64,000 nt of DNA from Candidatus Hydrothermarchaeum profundi (GTDB lineage: Archaea > Hydrothermarchaeota > Hydrothermarchaeia > Hydrothermarchaeales > Hydrothermarchaeaceae). The stretch's first letter is position 1. Each line of letters begins with the position of its first letter. Location of the stretch: contig MTMF02000009.1 of NCBI GenBank assembly GCA_002011125.2, positions 648,889 to 712,888 of the forward strand, in the 5' to 3' direction. Positions 26,575-37,036 of the stretch are shown one piece after another. The translations under genes and the position numbers were made by a program. The notes below the pieces were generated by a model. It was not told where the DNA came from. It was given only the letters and a program-made list of their open reading frames with translations, and searched no databases.

Positions 26575-29500
26575 ATGAAAAGAGTGGTAGCAGGATTTAT
26601 ATTGCTTCTCTTCCTGAGCCAGCATCTAGCATCTGGCGTGGCTAGTAATCACATTATAAAGGATTTTGGAGAAAAGAAATCAGAGAAATATAAAGAAAAG
26701 TTAAGCCCTGGCTTGCTTAAAAAAATAGAAATAACTGCAGAGGACGAAGAACTACCTATTATCATATTCTATGAAGAGAAGAAAAAGGCGAGATCAGCAG
26801 TAACAGTTGAATCGTCCATTAAGGTCCTCGGAGGAAAAATAAAGCACAAATACACTCTTGTGAAAGCGATCTCAGCTAGATTACCGGCTGGGAAAATAAA
26901 AAAGCTGGCCGAGTCTACAGAGATAAAGAGAATATACCCCGATGAGGTCGTCAGGCTTTCAATATTCTCCAGCAATACGTCAGCCAAACTCGAAACAAGT
27001 GTAAAAGCCATAGGCGCTGATTATGCATGGGAGACCTTGGGCTACGATGGCTCAGGGATAACTGTGGCGGTGGTTGATACAGGCATAGACTATACGCATC
27101 CGGACTTAGGGGGAGGCTTTGGCCAGGGTTATAAGGTAAAGGGGGGCTATGATTTTGTAAACGAGGATACAGACCCAAAGGACGATAATGGGCATGGCAC
27201 TCACGTGGCGGGCATAATAGCTGCTAACGGTACCGTGAAAGGTGTAGCCCCCGGGGCATCATTATTGGCTGTGAAAGTGCTTAATGCTCACGGATCAGGG
27301 TACTCTTCTGATGTCATCGCAGGTATAGACTGGGCAGTTTTCAATGGGGCTGATATAATCAGCTTGTCCTTGGGAAGCTCAGATCAGCCGAACGATGAAT
27401 TCGAGAGCCCTATAAATTTGGTAGCGGATGAAGCAGTGGCCAGGGGAGTTATAGTCGTAGTTGCGGCAGGAAATGAGGGTCCAGGAACCGGAACAGTAGA
27501 TCATCCTGGAGCAGCTAGCAAAGTAATAACAGTGGGAGCATCTGATGATAAGAACACAGTGTCTATTCTAGATGACAGTATATCAGCTATTAGTAGTAGA
27601 GGTCCCTCTGCTTTTGGAAGATTAGATCCTGATCTTGTAGCCCCTGGAGTAAGTATTAATTCCACTTACTTGGTTTCTAATGGTTCTTATGCGGTTTTAA
27701 GCGGTACCTCTATGGCAACTCCTCATGTTGCAGGGGCAGCCGCGCTATTATTGCAGAAAAATGCCTCTCTTACTCCCACCGAGATAAGATCTATTCTTAT
27801 GCGCACAGCTTCAGCCGTCCCAAATGCCCATATATTCGAACAGGGTGCGGGTGTAATAAATGTTACAAGAGCTTTGCTCCAGCGTTCTTCAGCGTTTATT
27901 AATGGAGATGATAGGTGGGAAGTAACTGTCCCTCATGGATTTAGTTCTACCGCTGAGCTGGTATTGGAAAACGATAATAACGCCGGTGTTACCTACTTCT
28001 TTAATTTGCAAGAGTTATTTGATCTCGAGGGAGACAACTATTTGTCTCCTTCAAAATTATTCTTTCCTCAGAGCGTCTACCTTCAGCCTTATAGTAGAAG
28101 AGCAGTCGATGTAATATTTTCTTCTACTGGTGATGAAAATGCGTCTATCTACGGAGGAGTTCTTAATATAACTACTAATAGTTCTGACTCTCTTATGATT
28201 CCAATTGTTATTAATATCCCTCTTCTCGGTAGCGGATTTATTACCGGCACAGTGGACGATAGCGATGGATCTTTAGAAGCCGGTGACTGGATTTACTATA
28301 ATGTCAAAACTCATAATGGGACATCCCTTACAGCTTCTATTAATTGGAGCAATCCAGCGTATGATTTAGATTTATACCTATTTGCTCCGAATGGCGAGCT
28401 TGTGAACAGTTCTAATTCCAGCGACCAAAGTTTAGAGCAGGTAACGCTGTCTGATATGGTCTACCATGAATATTGGCTGGCTATACACAACTATAATTCC
28501 CATGGAACCAAGGTTGTTTATGAATTGACTATAACCTATGATTCTAAATTATATGTGGAACCAGATTCATGGCAGGTTAAAGCTAGGAGGGGTGAAGTTA
28601 AGAACGCAACCTTTAGCCTAATAAACAATGGTGCAGGAAAAGCTGTGAATTTATCTGTTATGAGACTATCTCTTGGTACTAGCGGGTTTACTTCTGGGAC
28701 TTTAGAAAACACAGGAGAATACTATAGGGTGATATGGAATTCTAGTGGAATAGATGTGAAGAACGCCCACTATTTAAATGCTACACTCGTATGGAATGAT
28801 CCCGCAAAAGATCTGGACATGATGGTTGCATATTATAATGGAACCGGCTGGTCGGCCACAAGATTTCTGTCTGCGCATGATAACAAAGAGCTTGGAGAAG
28901 CCAGAGAGAGCTTAGAGAATGTGGACATCCAGTACTATATAAAGACCTACGGAGAAGTTGGCATAGCGGTGAAAAACTATGGTTCATCCGCAGATTATAA
29001 TTTGACGGTTAACTTCACAGAGTTGGTTCCTTGGGAGGCGGCAACTGTAAGTCCATCTAATCTGACATTTGAGCCAATAGGGAATGTAACTGTGAATATC
29101 TCGATCAACACTACTCCTCTAGAAGATAGAGAGACTTATGATGCGGTATTTATAGTATCTAATGCTACAGAGGATTTTGCCATTGTGCCAGTTAGAGTAA
29201 AAGTTCTACCAATAGTTGTAAACCAGACCACTCCAGCGGATGTCGAGGGCTATGTTTATTACTCTTCAATTCAAAACGCTATTGATGATGTAAACTCTGC
29301 ATTCTCCACAATCTATGTTTCTCCTGGAACGTATATTGAAAATTTAGATGTTAATGCTGGAGTAAAAATCATTTCATCTTCTGGGCCAAATTCTACTTTC
29401 ATAAAGCCTAGCACTCCATATGACCACGTAATAGATATAAAGGGGGATTATGCGATAATCTCTGGCTTCACCATTCAGGATGCGAACAAGGGGTATGCAG

Positions 29501-31023
29501 GCATATATGTCCGAGTTAATAACTCCCAAATCTCTAACAGCATTATAAAAGGTAACTATTTTGGTGTTTACTTTAATAGCTCAAGCGGAAACGTTTTGCT
29601 AGGGAATACTTTCGATAATATTTGGGATTATTATTCTACATCTTCATCGGTTAACAACTCTGTTATAAATTGCTATATTAATCAGACTAGAGTTACATTT
29701 AAAGCCACAGATGTAGCGGTTACTTCTGTTGCTTCTCCTCCGCCAGTAGGGGATGAGCTTTTTGATATAGGCAAATTCGTTAACATAACAAACACCTCTA
29801 ATAATAGCTGGATAAGCTTAAACATTTATTACGACTCATCAGAGGTCGGGAGGATTACAGAATCTACGCTGGGATTATATAGATTTAATGGAACCGAGTG
29901 GGGGAGAGTAGAGGGGAGCGGGGTTAATCTTTCTGAGAAGTATGTTTACGCTAATATATCCGAGTTCAGTGTGTTCGCCCCATTAGGTAAGGATCTGCCG
30001 CCTGCCATCTCACAAGTAGAGGCAACTTCGATAACCACAACCTCTGCCTTGATTATATGGAAAACAGATGAAGAGTCCGATTCGCTTGTGAAGTATGGTA
30101 CTCGGACGGGAGACTATATCTACACGGAGAGGGATTATTCTAATGTTACAAGTCATCAAGTTCAGCTTACTGACTTAAATCCAAGCACTAAGTACTATTT
30201 CGTGGTTAATTCTACAGACAAGAGTGGTAATTCAAATCAAAGCGGAGAATATACATTCACTACAACTGCCCAGGCGATAGTAGCGGTTGGAGGAGGAGGG
30301 GTAGCTCCAACCAAAGAAATTGTCACAGAGCCAGGGAGGGCAGTTATTACTCTTCCATCAATACCGGCTGGAAAAACTGAGGAGATAGTCTTCCCATCAA
30401 CTGAGGATTTCTACTTCACAAGACTTGAGATAACTACAAAGAAGACAGTTTCAGATGTAGAAATTACTATCAGCACTCTTTATAAAAAACCACAAGACTT
30501 AGCCGAAGATATTGAAGGGATAGTATACCGCTATATTAAAGTAACGCCCAAAAACCTTAGAGACGAAGACATCTTCAGAGTTAACATTTATTTTAAAGTA
30601 GAAAAGTCTTGGATAAAAGCTGGCAATATAGATCCTGCTTCAATATTTCTAGCGAGATATAAGAATGGGGAATGGAGAAATATTTCTACAGTAAAAATCG
30701 AAGAAGACGCAGAATCTATTTACTATTCAGCGGTATCACCTGGCCTCTCGATATTCGCTATATCCGGAGTTCCTATACCTATAGTTACTACGCCCCCACT
30801 GAGCACAGTACCTCCTCAAACTTTCCCACCAGTAACTGCCGAAGCGCCTTCGCAAACTGAAGCTCCTAAAATGACTCCGCAACCTTTGGAGATTCCAATG
30901 ACTCCTCCTCCAGAAATCCCCCGGCGAAATATAACTGGAATATTTTTTGGGGTAATAGCCTTAGTAGGTGTAGTAGGATATCTCTTCAGGAAAGCTCTAA
31001 AGAAGAAATTAATAAAAAGATAG
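26575..31023 (+). CDS. Multidomain membrane-anchored S8 subtilase (I9 propeptide, PPC-like, beta-helix, FN3, PGF-pre-PGF-like, Pro/Thr linker, TM)
   Basis: VVDTG, HGTHVAG, AAGN, GTSMATPH catalytic motifs; DLDLYL PPC repeats; SPGLSIFAI; C-terminal TM with basic tail. Confidence 0.92.
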   Translation: MKRVVAGFILLLFLSQHLASGVASNHIIKDFGEKKSEKYKEKLSPGLLKKIEITAEDEELPIIIFYEEKKKARSAVTVESSIKVLGGKIKHKYTLVKAISARLPAGKIKKLAESTEIKRIYPDEVVRLSIFSSNTSAKLETSVKAIGADYAWETLGYDGSGITVAVVDTGIDYTHPDLGGGFGQGYKVKGGYDFVNEDTDPKDDNGHGTHVAGIIAANGTVKGVAPGASLLAVKVLNAHGSGYSSDVIAGIDWAVFNGADIISLSLGSSDQPNDEFESPINLVADEAVARGVIVVVAAGNEGPGTGTVDHPGAASKVITVGASDDKNTVSILDDSISAISSRGPSAFGRLDPDLVAPGVSINSTYLVSNGSYAVLSGTSMATPHVAGAAALLLQKNASLTPTEIRSILMRTASAVPNAHIFEQGAGVINVTRALLQRSSAFINGDDRWEVTVPHGFSSTAELVLENDNNAGVTYFFNLQELFDLEGDNYLSPSKLFFPQSVYLQPYSRRAVDVIFSSTGDENASIYGGVLNITTNSSDSLMIPIVINIPLLGSGFITGTVDDSDGSLEAGDWIYYNVKTHNGTSLTASINWSNPAYDLDLYLFAPNGELVNSSNSSDQSLEQVTLSDMVYHEYWLAIHNYNSHGTKVVYELTITYDSKLYVEPDSWQVKARRGEVKNATFSLINNGAGKAVNLSVMRLSLGTSGFTSGTLENTGEYYRVIWNSSGIDVKNAHYLNATLVWNDPAKDLDMMVAYYNGTGWSATRFLSAHDNKELGEARESLENVDIQYYIKTYGEVGIAVKNYGSSADYNLTVNFTELVPWEAATVSPSNLTFEPIGNVTVNISINTTPLEDRETYDAVFIVSNATEDFAIVPVRVKVLPIVVNQTTPADVEGYVYYSSIQNAIDDVNSAFSTIYVSPGTYIENLDVNAGVKIISSSGPNSTFIKPSTPYDHVIDIKGDYAIISGFTIQDANKGYAGIYVRVNNSQISNSIIKGNYFGVYFNSSSGNVLLGNTFDNIWDYYSTSSSVNNSVINCYINQTRVTFKATDVAVTSVASPPPVGDELFDIGKFVNITNTSNNSWISLNIYYDSSEVGRITESTLGLYRFNGTEWGRVEGSGVNLSEKYVYANISEFSVFAPLGKDLPPAISQVEATSITTTSALIIWKTDEESDSLVKYGTRTGDYIYTERDYSNVTSHQVQLTDLNPSTKYYFVVNSTDKSGNSNQSGEYTFTTTAQAIVAVGGGGVAPTKEIVTEPGRAVITLPSIPAGKTEEIVFPSTEDFYFTRLEITTKKTVSDVEITISTLYKKPQDLAEDIEGIVYRYIKVTPKNLRDEDIFRVNIYFKVEKSWIKAGNIDPASIFLARYKNGEWRNISTVKIEEDAESIYYSAVSPGLSIFAISGVPIPIVTTPPLSTVPPQTFPPVTAEAPSQTEAPKMTPQPLEIPMTPPPEIPRRNITGIFFGVIALVGVVGYLFRKALKKKLIKR

Positions 31024-31176
31024 GATAAAGGCTAATTTTTTAAGCTAAATAATAAGAAATATTATTTTATATAATGTTTAAACGCATTATTTTTTCTAAA
31101 AAAACAAAACAAAAATTTTTTATACTCGATTAAGCAATAAAAAAACAGTTTAAAAATAGAGGAGGCTGGAGTTATA

Positions 31177-34100
31177 ATGAATTCTGGTAAACTATTGTTA
31201 TTATTTATTTTAATTGGAGGTACAGTAGGGGGGACTTCTATCGTAAGTGCTCAAGAGGAGCCGCCATCCCTGCCAAGTAGCTTTAATTTTTATGGATATA
31301 CTTATGATTTAAATCTCAATCCGCTTAATGGCACTAACGTAACGATAGAAGTCTATGAATTTCTCCCAGGACAGCCTCCTCAAATAAATAGTACGTATTC
31401 TACTCTCTCTAATGAATCAGGTTTTTTTAATATAAGCGATATTCCCGTTAGTGAGGAATTTTTTTACAAACCTGTTGTGAGATACTTTAATGGGTCAAAT
31501 TTAACCTATATGGGACAGAGCCTACCTCAATTGCCGATATTTGAGTTCCTCAATCTTGGGGCAGTTAAGTTCTATCTGCGGGAGGCAGCTACACTTAATA
31601 TTACTGCGGTGGGTGATGAGAGAGAGCTGGAAAGCATGATAGTCGGCACTTCTAATAGCGTTTCAAATTATGGTGTAGGATTAGAATGGCTTCAAGATGT
31701 AAATGGAGGAACTTGGTTTTACCTTAATCTCAGTGGATATGGTATTGAATATTCCTCTGATTTTTCATCTTTTGTAACTACTTCTCAGCCTATTCCCCTA
31801 CAGAATCCTACTGCTTTGGACTACAATGGGGGGAATATTTTCTATATAGCCAACGCTACGACAGTTATAGTATATAATAGAACTTCAGAAAGTGTTCTTG
31901 CTAGTTATAATGTATCGGGAAGGAATTATTATCAATTAGCGGGGCTTCAATATAATCCAGATGACGGGATGTTTTATATTAGTGCAACCAGAACAGCACC
32001 ACCAAACGTTGTTATAGATGTATATAACTCTTCTTTTGACTTAATAAATACGATATCAGGGAATATTCCATCCGGAACATTATTTAGATACGCTGGCGAA
32101 TGGTATCTAGCCTATAACGATACGTATGAAGGGGTCTATGCTTTAACAAAATATGATGATAATTGGGGGTACTTGTGGCGTTGGACTTTCTCGAAGAGTG
32201 TTGGAGGGATAGCTCATAATGGTATGAGCTGGTACTTTGCTTCTTCAAATGATAGCACTATAACTCCGATAACCCTAACAGATAAGGGCATTAAAAGTTT
32301 CATGTATATGGTTAAAGATACAAAGCTTGGGTATCCGGTTGCTGAATCCTTTAGCAGTTTTGTCCAGCAAGCCACGGTATATGTTCCGGCAGATAGAAAC
32401 TACTCTATAATGCTATATCCCAACATGGCAATGCCCGTAAGCTATGATTTGAATAATATCTCAGCATATGGCCCGTCTCCAAAGATTGATATAACTTTCA
32501 ACATTTCCGAAGACTTTAAGTGGGTGTCCGGCTATGTAAATTGCGGTGGCAGTTATAGCTTTGATGATCTAAAAGTGGTGCCCTACTTATTAGAGCCGGG
32601 AAATATGGTATTCCCGAGGGCTATGCCCTATAATATGAGTGCGTGGAGAGAGCCTTTTGCATCGCAGAGTGATGAATATAGTCCAAGCATTGGATTTTAC
32701 AATATAACGCTTATAGGCTCCGCGATGGGCGCAGATGTGATGCTATTCATAACAGCTAAGAATGGCACACAGTACTGCGGAGGCTTTCAGAATGTCACTC
32801 TCTACTATGGTGGAGGAGACTTAACTGGAATTAATATCACTTTGCAGCCGCTGATAGGTAGCGAGTCAAACATTAGCGTAGAAAATGCTGCAGATTTCAG
32901 TCAAACCGTTAATATCACAACTAAACTGAAGTCTTTCAGGCTTCAAAACTCGACAGGAGATGCACCTACCAATGCTTTCGTAGAGTTCACAATAGATTAC
33001 ACTTCTTACTTCCCCAATAGCACGAGTTTCTCATGGATGGTGGACGTAGGTCAAGACGACAACGGGATTTTTAAATTGCCTGTGTTGAGTGCAAACGTGA
33101 AAGAGATAAATATATATAGTGCCGAATTCGCGCCTAAGGAGACATCCTTGAAAGCTAGCGATCTCGCCACTGAGCCCGTGAATATTACCTTATCTTCCTT
33201 TAGTCCTGGAGCTATAGATCCTGAGGAAATATTTACTGACCTCTATCTAGACCTCCTGCAGAGTAATTCTACCTGTGACGTGCCTAACCCGCCACCCGGC
33301 TGTTCTTTAGTACCTTCTCAGGAAGAGATGTTATTAGAACAGTTCAATCCTATGACAGTGATAATGGGCGGGGGCGATATAAGCTTCAGAATGAAGAAGC
33401 TCAGCAATAATATCACGGTGCACTATGCGCTGGTAGATCTTCTTGCTTCAGGACCGCCAGATGCGTTATTTGATAGTAATGCTTCAGAAACAACTACTGG
33501 TGCTACATTAGCGGAGGCATGGAGATTTGGAAGCAGTGGACCGGATATATATGATCATGTCTTAATTGGTATACCCTATAATGAAAGCAAATATGATGAG
33601 AGTGGGAATTTCACTGTAAATATAAAGTACTTCTACGATGCGGATTGGAATGTTATCTGGAATATAAGCGAAAATACTACAGAGGAGTTGCCTGACGAGT
33701 ATAGTGAGTTCTTGCAGGATGAGTATCGACAGTACTTAAATCTTACAAACCCAATGCCATGCGATAAGACTGATCAGACTAGCACTTGCTACGTGGATAC
33801 AGTTAACAACATGGTATGGATGAAGATACCTCACTTTTCCGGTGTAGCTCCTCTTGTTAGCGGTGAAGCGGTTGATAGTACTCCTCCATCCGTTATACCT
33901 CATAGCGTATCATATCCGAGTGGACAGACTTTTGCTAAGCCTTCTGACACTATAACCTTAAATGCTACAGTGACAGATGACCTTTCAGGTGTAAAGAATG
34001 TAACAGTGGATGCAAGCGATATAAATGCTGGAGTCATCATCCTTCAAAATCTAACTTCCATGTACTACAACGACAGCGTAGTTATCGGGAGCAATGTTGA

Positions 34101-35370
34101 TTCTGGTGTTTATCAACTACCAATCTATGCATATGATAATGATGGGAACTTGAACAGTACTGAAAGAATAACTGTAATGATAGACTCAGATAACCCGAGT
34201 CTTACTGTGTATACGCCTACGGATTCCTATATCTCAACTAGCCCGAATGTCACTTTCACTTTCTTAGCATCTGACAATAACGCTACTACATTGCAGTATG
34301 AGCTAACATTAAATGGAACCGTTAACAAGACAGGAACTATAACGGCTGGAGAACTCAACAGCGTAACCATATATAACCTTGCTGACGGTTATTATACATG
34401 GAGTATAAGAGTATATGACGGGGCCAATAACACTAATACGAGTACAACTCAGGCATTTACTGTGCTGACCGAGATTGAGCTTCAGGTGCCGATAGCTTCT
34501 ATGCCAGCAAATTATTCTACTGAACTGGTTACTAATGAGACTCCAATCGGAAAAGTTGCGTACTCAATAACCACTAATGGCACTACGCCAGCTGTGAATC
34601 TAACCATTAAAGTTTCTATATCCCCAGTAGGTGGGGCCGAAAGCCTTTCCAGTAGTACAGATATCCCTGAGTTGTATATACAGTTCAGCATCAGCAATGA
34701 ATCTTGGTACTCGTATATATCCCATGTGCATGTTAGACTCTACTATAATGAGTCAAAGATACCTTCGGGAGTTAGCGAGAGTAGTCTTAGACCTAAGAGG
34801 TACACCAGTGGGAGCTGGGTTAGACTAACAGGAGCCGCAACTCTGGCGGATGGAACCGTTGTCTATGCTGCAGGGGTTGACGCTGATAATAACTATGTAT
34901 GGGCCAATATCTCTAGGTTCTCTGTATACGGTGTTGGAGGAACTATTGTTCAGGCTGCTGCTCCTAGCGGAGGTGGGAGATATAAACCCGATGTAGTAGT
35001 ACTTGCTAACTCTATTGATGCCGAGTTATCAGCTGACTTCCTAGGATTCCTTAAGACTCAGGCTCTCAATGTTATCTATGTCGATGCGAGCAACTTCTCT
35101 AAATACAAGGATAAGAAGTTTATAGTAATCCTTGGCGGTCCAGACGCTTATGAAGGAGTTGGCGAGATAGTGCAGGAAGTGTTAGATGATGCTGAAGAAG
35201 CTTTCCTTAGAATTCCTGGTAATAGGAAGATGTATGTTAAGACGAATGTTTGGGCTACCGGGCAGGTTGTTAGAGTGATCGCTGGCAGCGGCAGGACTTT
35301 AACTAGGGATGAAGCTTTAGAGAACCAGGCTGACGTAGCGTATAGGATCCGGTTTTATCCGGTAAGTTAA
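31177..35370 (+). CDS. Large secreted surface glycoprotein (Ig-like domains, C-terminal cell-wall-binding-2/S-layer-like domain)
   Basis: Signal peptide, many N-x-S/T sequons, D..PP Ig-like repeats, C-terminal ILGGPDAY...AGSGR..T; SD GGAGG. Confidence 0.7.
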   Translation: MNSGKLLLLFILIGGTVGGTSIVSAQEEPPSLPSSFNFYGYTYDLNLNPLNGTNVTIEVYEFLPGQPPQINSTYSTLSNESGFFNISDIPVSEEFFYKPVVRYFNGSNLTYMGQSLPQLPIFEFLNLGAVKFYLREAATLNITAVGDERELESMIVGTSNSVSNYGVGLEWLQDVNGGTWFYLNLSGYGIEYSSDFSSFVTTSQPIPLQNPTALDYNGGNIFYIANATTVIVYNRTSESVLASYNVSGRNYYQLAGLQYNPDDGMFYISATRTAPPNVVIDVYNSSFDLINTISGNIPSGTLFRYAGEWYLAYNDTYEGVYALTKYDDNWGYLWRWTFSKSVGGIAHNGMSWYFASSNDSTITPITLTDKGIKSFMYMVKDTKLGYPVAESFSSFVQQATVYVPADRNYSIMLYPNMAMPVSYDLNNISAYGPSPKIDITFNISEDFKWVSGYVNCGGSYSFDDLKVVPYLLEPGNMVFPRAMPYNMSAWREPFASQSDEYSPSIGFYNITLIGSAMGADVMLFITAKNGTQYCGGFQNVTLYYGGGDLTGINITLQPLIGSESNISVENAADFSQTVNITTKLKSFRLQNSTGDAPTNAFVEFTIDYTSYFPNSTSFSWMVDVGQDDNGIFKLPVLSANVKEINIYSAEFAPKETSLKASDLATEPVNITLSSFSPGAIDPEEIFTDLYLDLLQSNSTCDVPNPPPGCSLVPSQEEMLLEQFNPMTVIMGGGDISFRMKKLSNNITVHYALVDLLASGPPDALFDSNASETTTGATLAEAWRFGSSGPDIYDHVLIGIPYNESKYDESGNFTVNIKYFYDADWNVIWNISENTTEELPDEYSEFLQDEYRQYLNLTNPMPCDKTDQTSTCYVDTVNNMVWMKIPHFSGVAPLVSGEAVDSTPPSVIPHSVSYPSGQTFAKPSDTITLNATVTDDLSGVKNVTVDASDINAGVIILQNLTSMYYNDSVVIGSNVDSGVYQLPIYAYDNDGNLNSTERITVMIDSDNPSLTVYTPTDSYISTSPNVTFTFLASDNNATTLQYELTLNGTVNKTGTITAGELNSVTIYNLADGYYTWSIRVYDGANNTNTSTTQAFTVLTEIELQVPIASMPANYSTELVTNETPIGKVAYSITTNGTTPAVNLTIKVSISPVGGAESLSSSTDIPELYIQFSISNESWYSYISHVHVRLYYNESKIPSGVSESSLRPKRYTSGSWVRLTGAATLADGTVVYAAGVDADNNYVWANISRFSVYGVGGTIVQAAAPSGGGRYKPDVVVLANSIDAELSADFLGFLKTQALNVIYVDASNFSKYKDKKFIVILGGPDAYEGVGEIVQEVLDDAEEAFLRIPGNRKMYVKTNVWATGQVVRVIAGSGRTLTRDEALENQADVAYRIRFYPVS

Positions 35371-35423
35371 GGGGTAGTGCTAGGAATCAAAACTCTTCTA
35401 AATATTTTTTATTTTTAAAGATG

Positions 35424-35459
35424 TTAGGTATAACCTAAAGTTATACTAAAGTAATACTT
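35424..35459. promoter_or_regulatory. Probable VapBC operator/promoter
   Basis: Near-palindrome TTAGGTATAACCTAA plus tandem CTAAAGTTATA/CTAAAGTAATA just upstream of the antitoxin gene. Confidence 0.5.
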
Positions 35460-35468
35460 GAGGTATAA

Positions 35469-35729
35469 ATGGAAATTAAAGAAGAGATGAAAGTCGGTCC
35501 CAAGGGGCAGGTAGTAATCCCTAAAGTGTTTAGGAAAGCTCTTGGTATAGTGCCGGGGTCTACTGTAGTTATGAAAATAAAAAACGGCAATATAATAATC
35601 GAGAAACCAAAAAAAGACGTAGCTGGGATATTTAAAGAAATCGCTTTTTCAGGTACGGTTAAAAAAATTCATCCTCACTATGGCTATGAAACAAGTTTAA
35701 AAAAGCGGATTGAGAAGGCCTCTAAATGA
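35469..35729 (+). CDS. vapB: AbrB/MazE-family antitoxin (VapB)
   Basis: KVGPKGQVVIPK..RKALGI.PG swapped-hairpin signature; ATGA overlap with the PIN gene. Confidence 0.88.
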   Translation: MEIKEEMKVGPKGQVVIPKVFRKALGIVPGSTVVMKIKNGNIIIEKPKKDVAGIFKEIAFSGTVKKIHPHYGYETSLKKRIEKASK

Positions 35730-36151
35730 TTTATCTTGATTCAAATGTCTTCATTATAGCGGCACTTTACACTAATACATTAGCGGAAAAAGCAAGAGAG
35801 TTAATAAGGGAGGTGGAAGAGGGGAAGGTTAAAACTGCTACTTCTGCGTTAACCTACGATGAAGTTTATTGGAGCGTGAGAAAGATAAAGGACAAAGGTG
35901 CTGCCCTTAAAGCTGGTGATGCACTTCTCACACTTTCTAATCTCTCTATTATAGGGGTAGATAGAACCGTGCTTTTTAAAGCTCACGGCCTTTTAGAGGA
36001 GTATCTGCTACATCCAAGAGACGCTATCCACGTTGCTAGTGCTCTTTCTAGAGGTATAAAAACGGTAATCTCTGAGGATAAAGATTTTGATAAGGTTAAA
36101 AGTATTACGAGGATATCCCTGGGAGATTTCAGATTATCTACTATAAAATGA
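35726..36151 (+). CDS. vapC: PIN-domain toxin VapC
   Basis: IYLDSNVF, YDE, RDAIHVASA, SEDKDFD. Confidence 0.9.
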   Translation: MIYLDSNVFIIAALYTNTLAEKARELIREVEEGKVKTATSALTYDEVYWSVRKIKDKGAALKAGDALLTLSNLSIIGVDRTVLFKAHGLLEEYLLHPRDAIHVASALSRGIKTVISEDKDFDKVKSITRISLGDFRLSTIK

Positions 36152-36179
36152 GGCACAGATCAACATGGAGAACTCAATG

Positions 36180-36488
36180 TTAGTTGTATTCTCTCCATGT
36201 GAATTTGCACTTGGTACACCTAAAAAACCTTGTTTCTGCCTCATCAGCTTTCCTCGTCTGTAAGAGCCACCACTCCGCCTCGGTGTTTCCACATTTGCGG
36301 CATTCAGCCTTTGTCGTAGGCAGGGTATTAATATCCTCTTCAAGGATAAGGAGCTTTTTTTTCTTTTCTCTATTCTTAGTTAAAGTGAACTCTTTTTTAT
36401 CTGCTATTTCTTTGGTGGCTCCACATCTCTTACATACTAATTTATTATCTTTTGGAAGTAATAGACTTCCGCATTTTTCGCAGAACAT
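36180..36488 (-). CDS. tfs: Transcription elongation factor TFS
   Basis: Two zinc ribbons; QTRKADE acidic hairpin. Confidence 0.95.
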   Translation of the reverse strand: MFCEKCGSLLLPKDNKLVCKRCGATKEIADKKEFTLTKNREKKKKLLILEEDINTLPTTKAECRKCGNTEAEWWLLQTRKADEAETRFFRCTKCKFTWREYN

Positions 36489-36900
36489 TGTAATCCTCTA
36501 GAATCTTACCATGGTCAAAAGCTAGCTTTAAATTGGATATTTCTTCTATATTAAAAAATCTTGCATCCTCTGCGTCACTACCGGATTTTTCTTTACCTTT
36601 TGCTTTGGCGATATAGCATATAGATACTACATGTCCCCTAGGATCTCTTGAGGGATCGGAATAGACGCCGAGGAGACTTTCTACCTTCACATCTAGGCCT
36701 GTTTCTTCTTTAGCCTCTCTTATTGCAGCCTCTTCTGTGGTTTCTCCACACTCTACGAAGCCACCTGGAATAGCCCACTGCCCTTTGAACGGACTATTCT
36801 TTCTTTTTATAAGTAACACCTTATCATCTCTTTCAATGATTATATCTACTGTTAATGCTGGGGCTTCATGTCCGTTGCAGATACAGAAACAGCGTACCAT
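36445..36900 (-). CDS. NUDIX hydrolase (ADP-ribose pyrophosphatase-like)
   Basis: GGFVECGETTEEAAIREAKEETGL Nudix box, RDPRGH, LAFDH. Confidence 0.92.
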   Translation of the reverse strand: MVRCFCICNGHEAPALTVDIIIERDDKVLLIKRKNSPFKGQWAIPGGFVECGETTEEAAIREAKEETGLDVKVESLLGVYSDPSRDPRGHVVSICYIAKAKGKEKSGSDAEDARFFNIEEISNLKLAFDHGKILEDYNVLRKMRKSITSKR

Positions 36901-37036
36901 ATAGGTTCCTTTATTATTTAACTATAAAAGTTTGTGTAAGAGATTTTTCATCTATAACATAAGAAAACAAATATTAACGGTGCGGAAGTATTTCTAACTT
37001 AGTATTTTATAAAACCTAGATGATTGGAGGCAACTT

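Noticed and set aside
30780-30925. Pro/Thr-rich low-complexity stretch in the subtilase gene
   Set aside because: An ordinary linker before the membrane anchor, not a DNA repeat element
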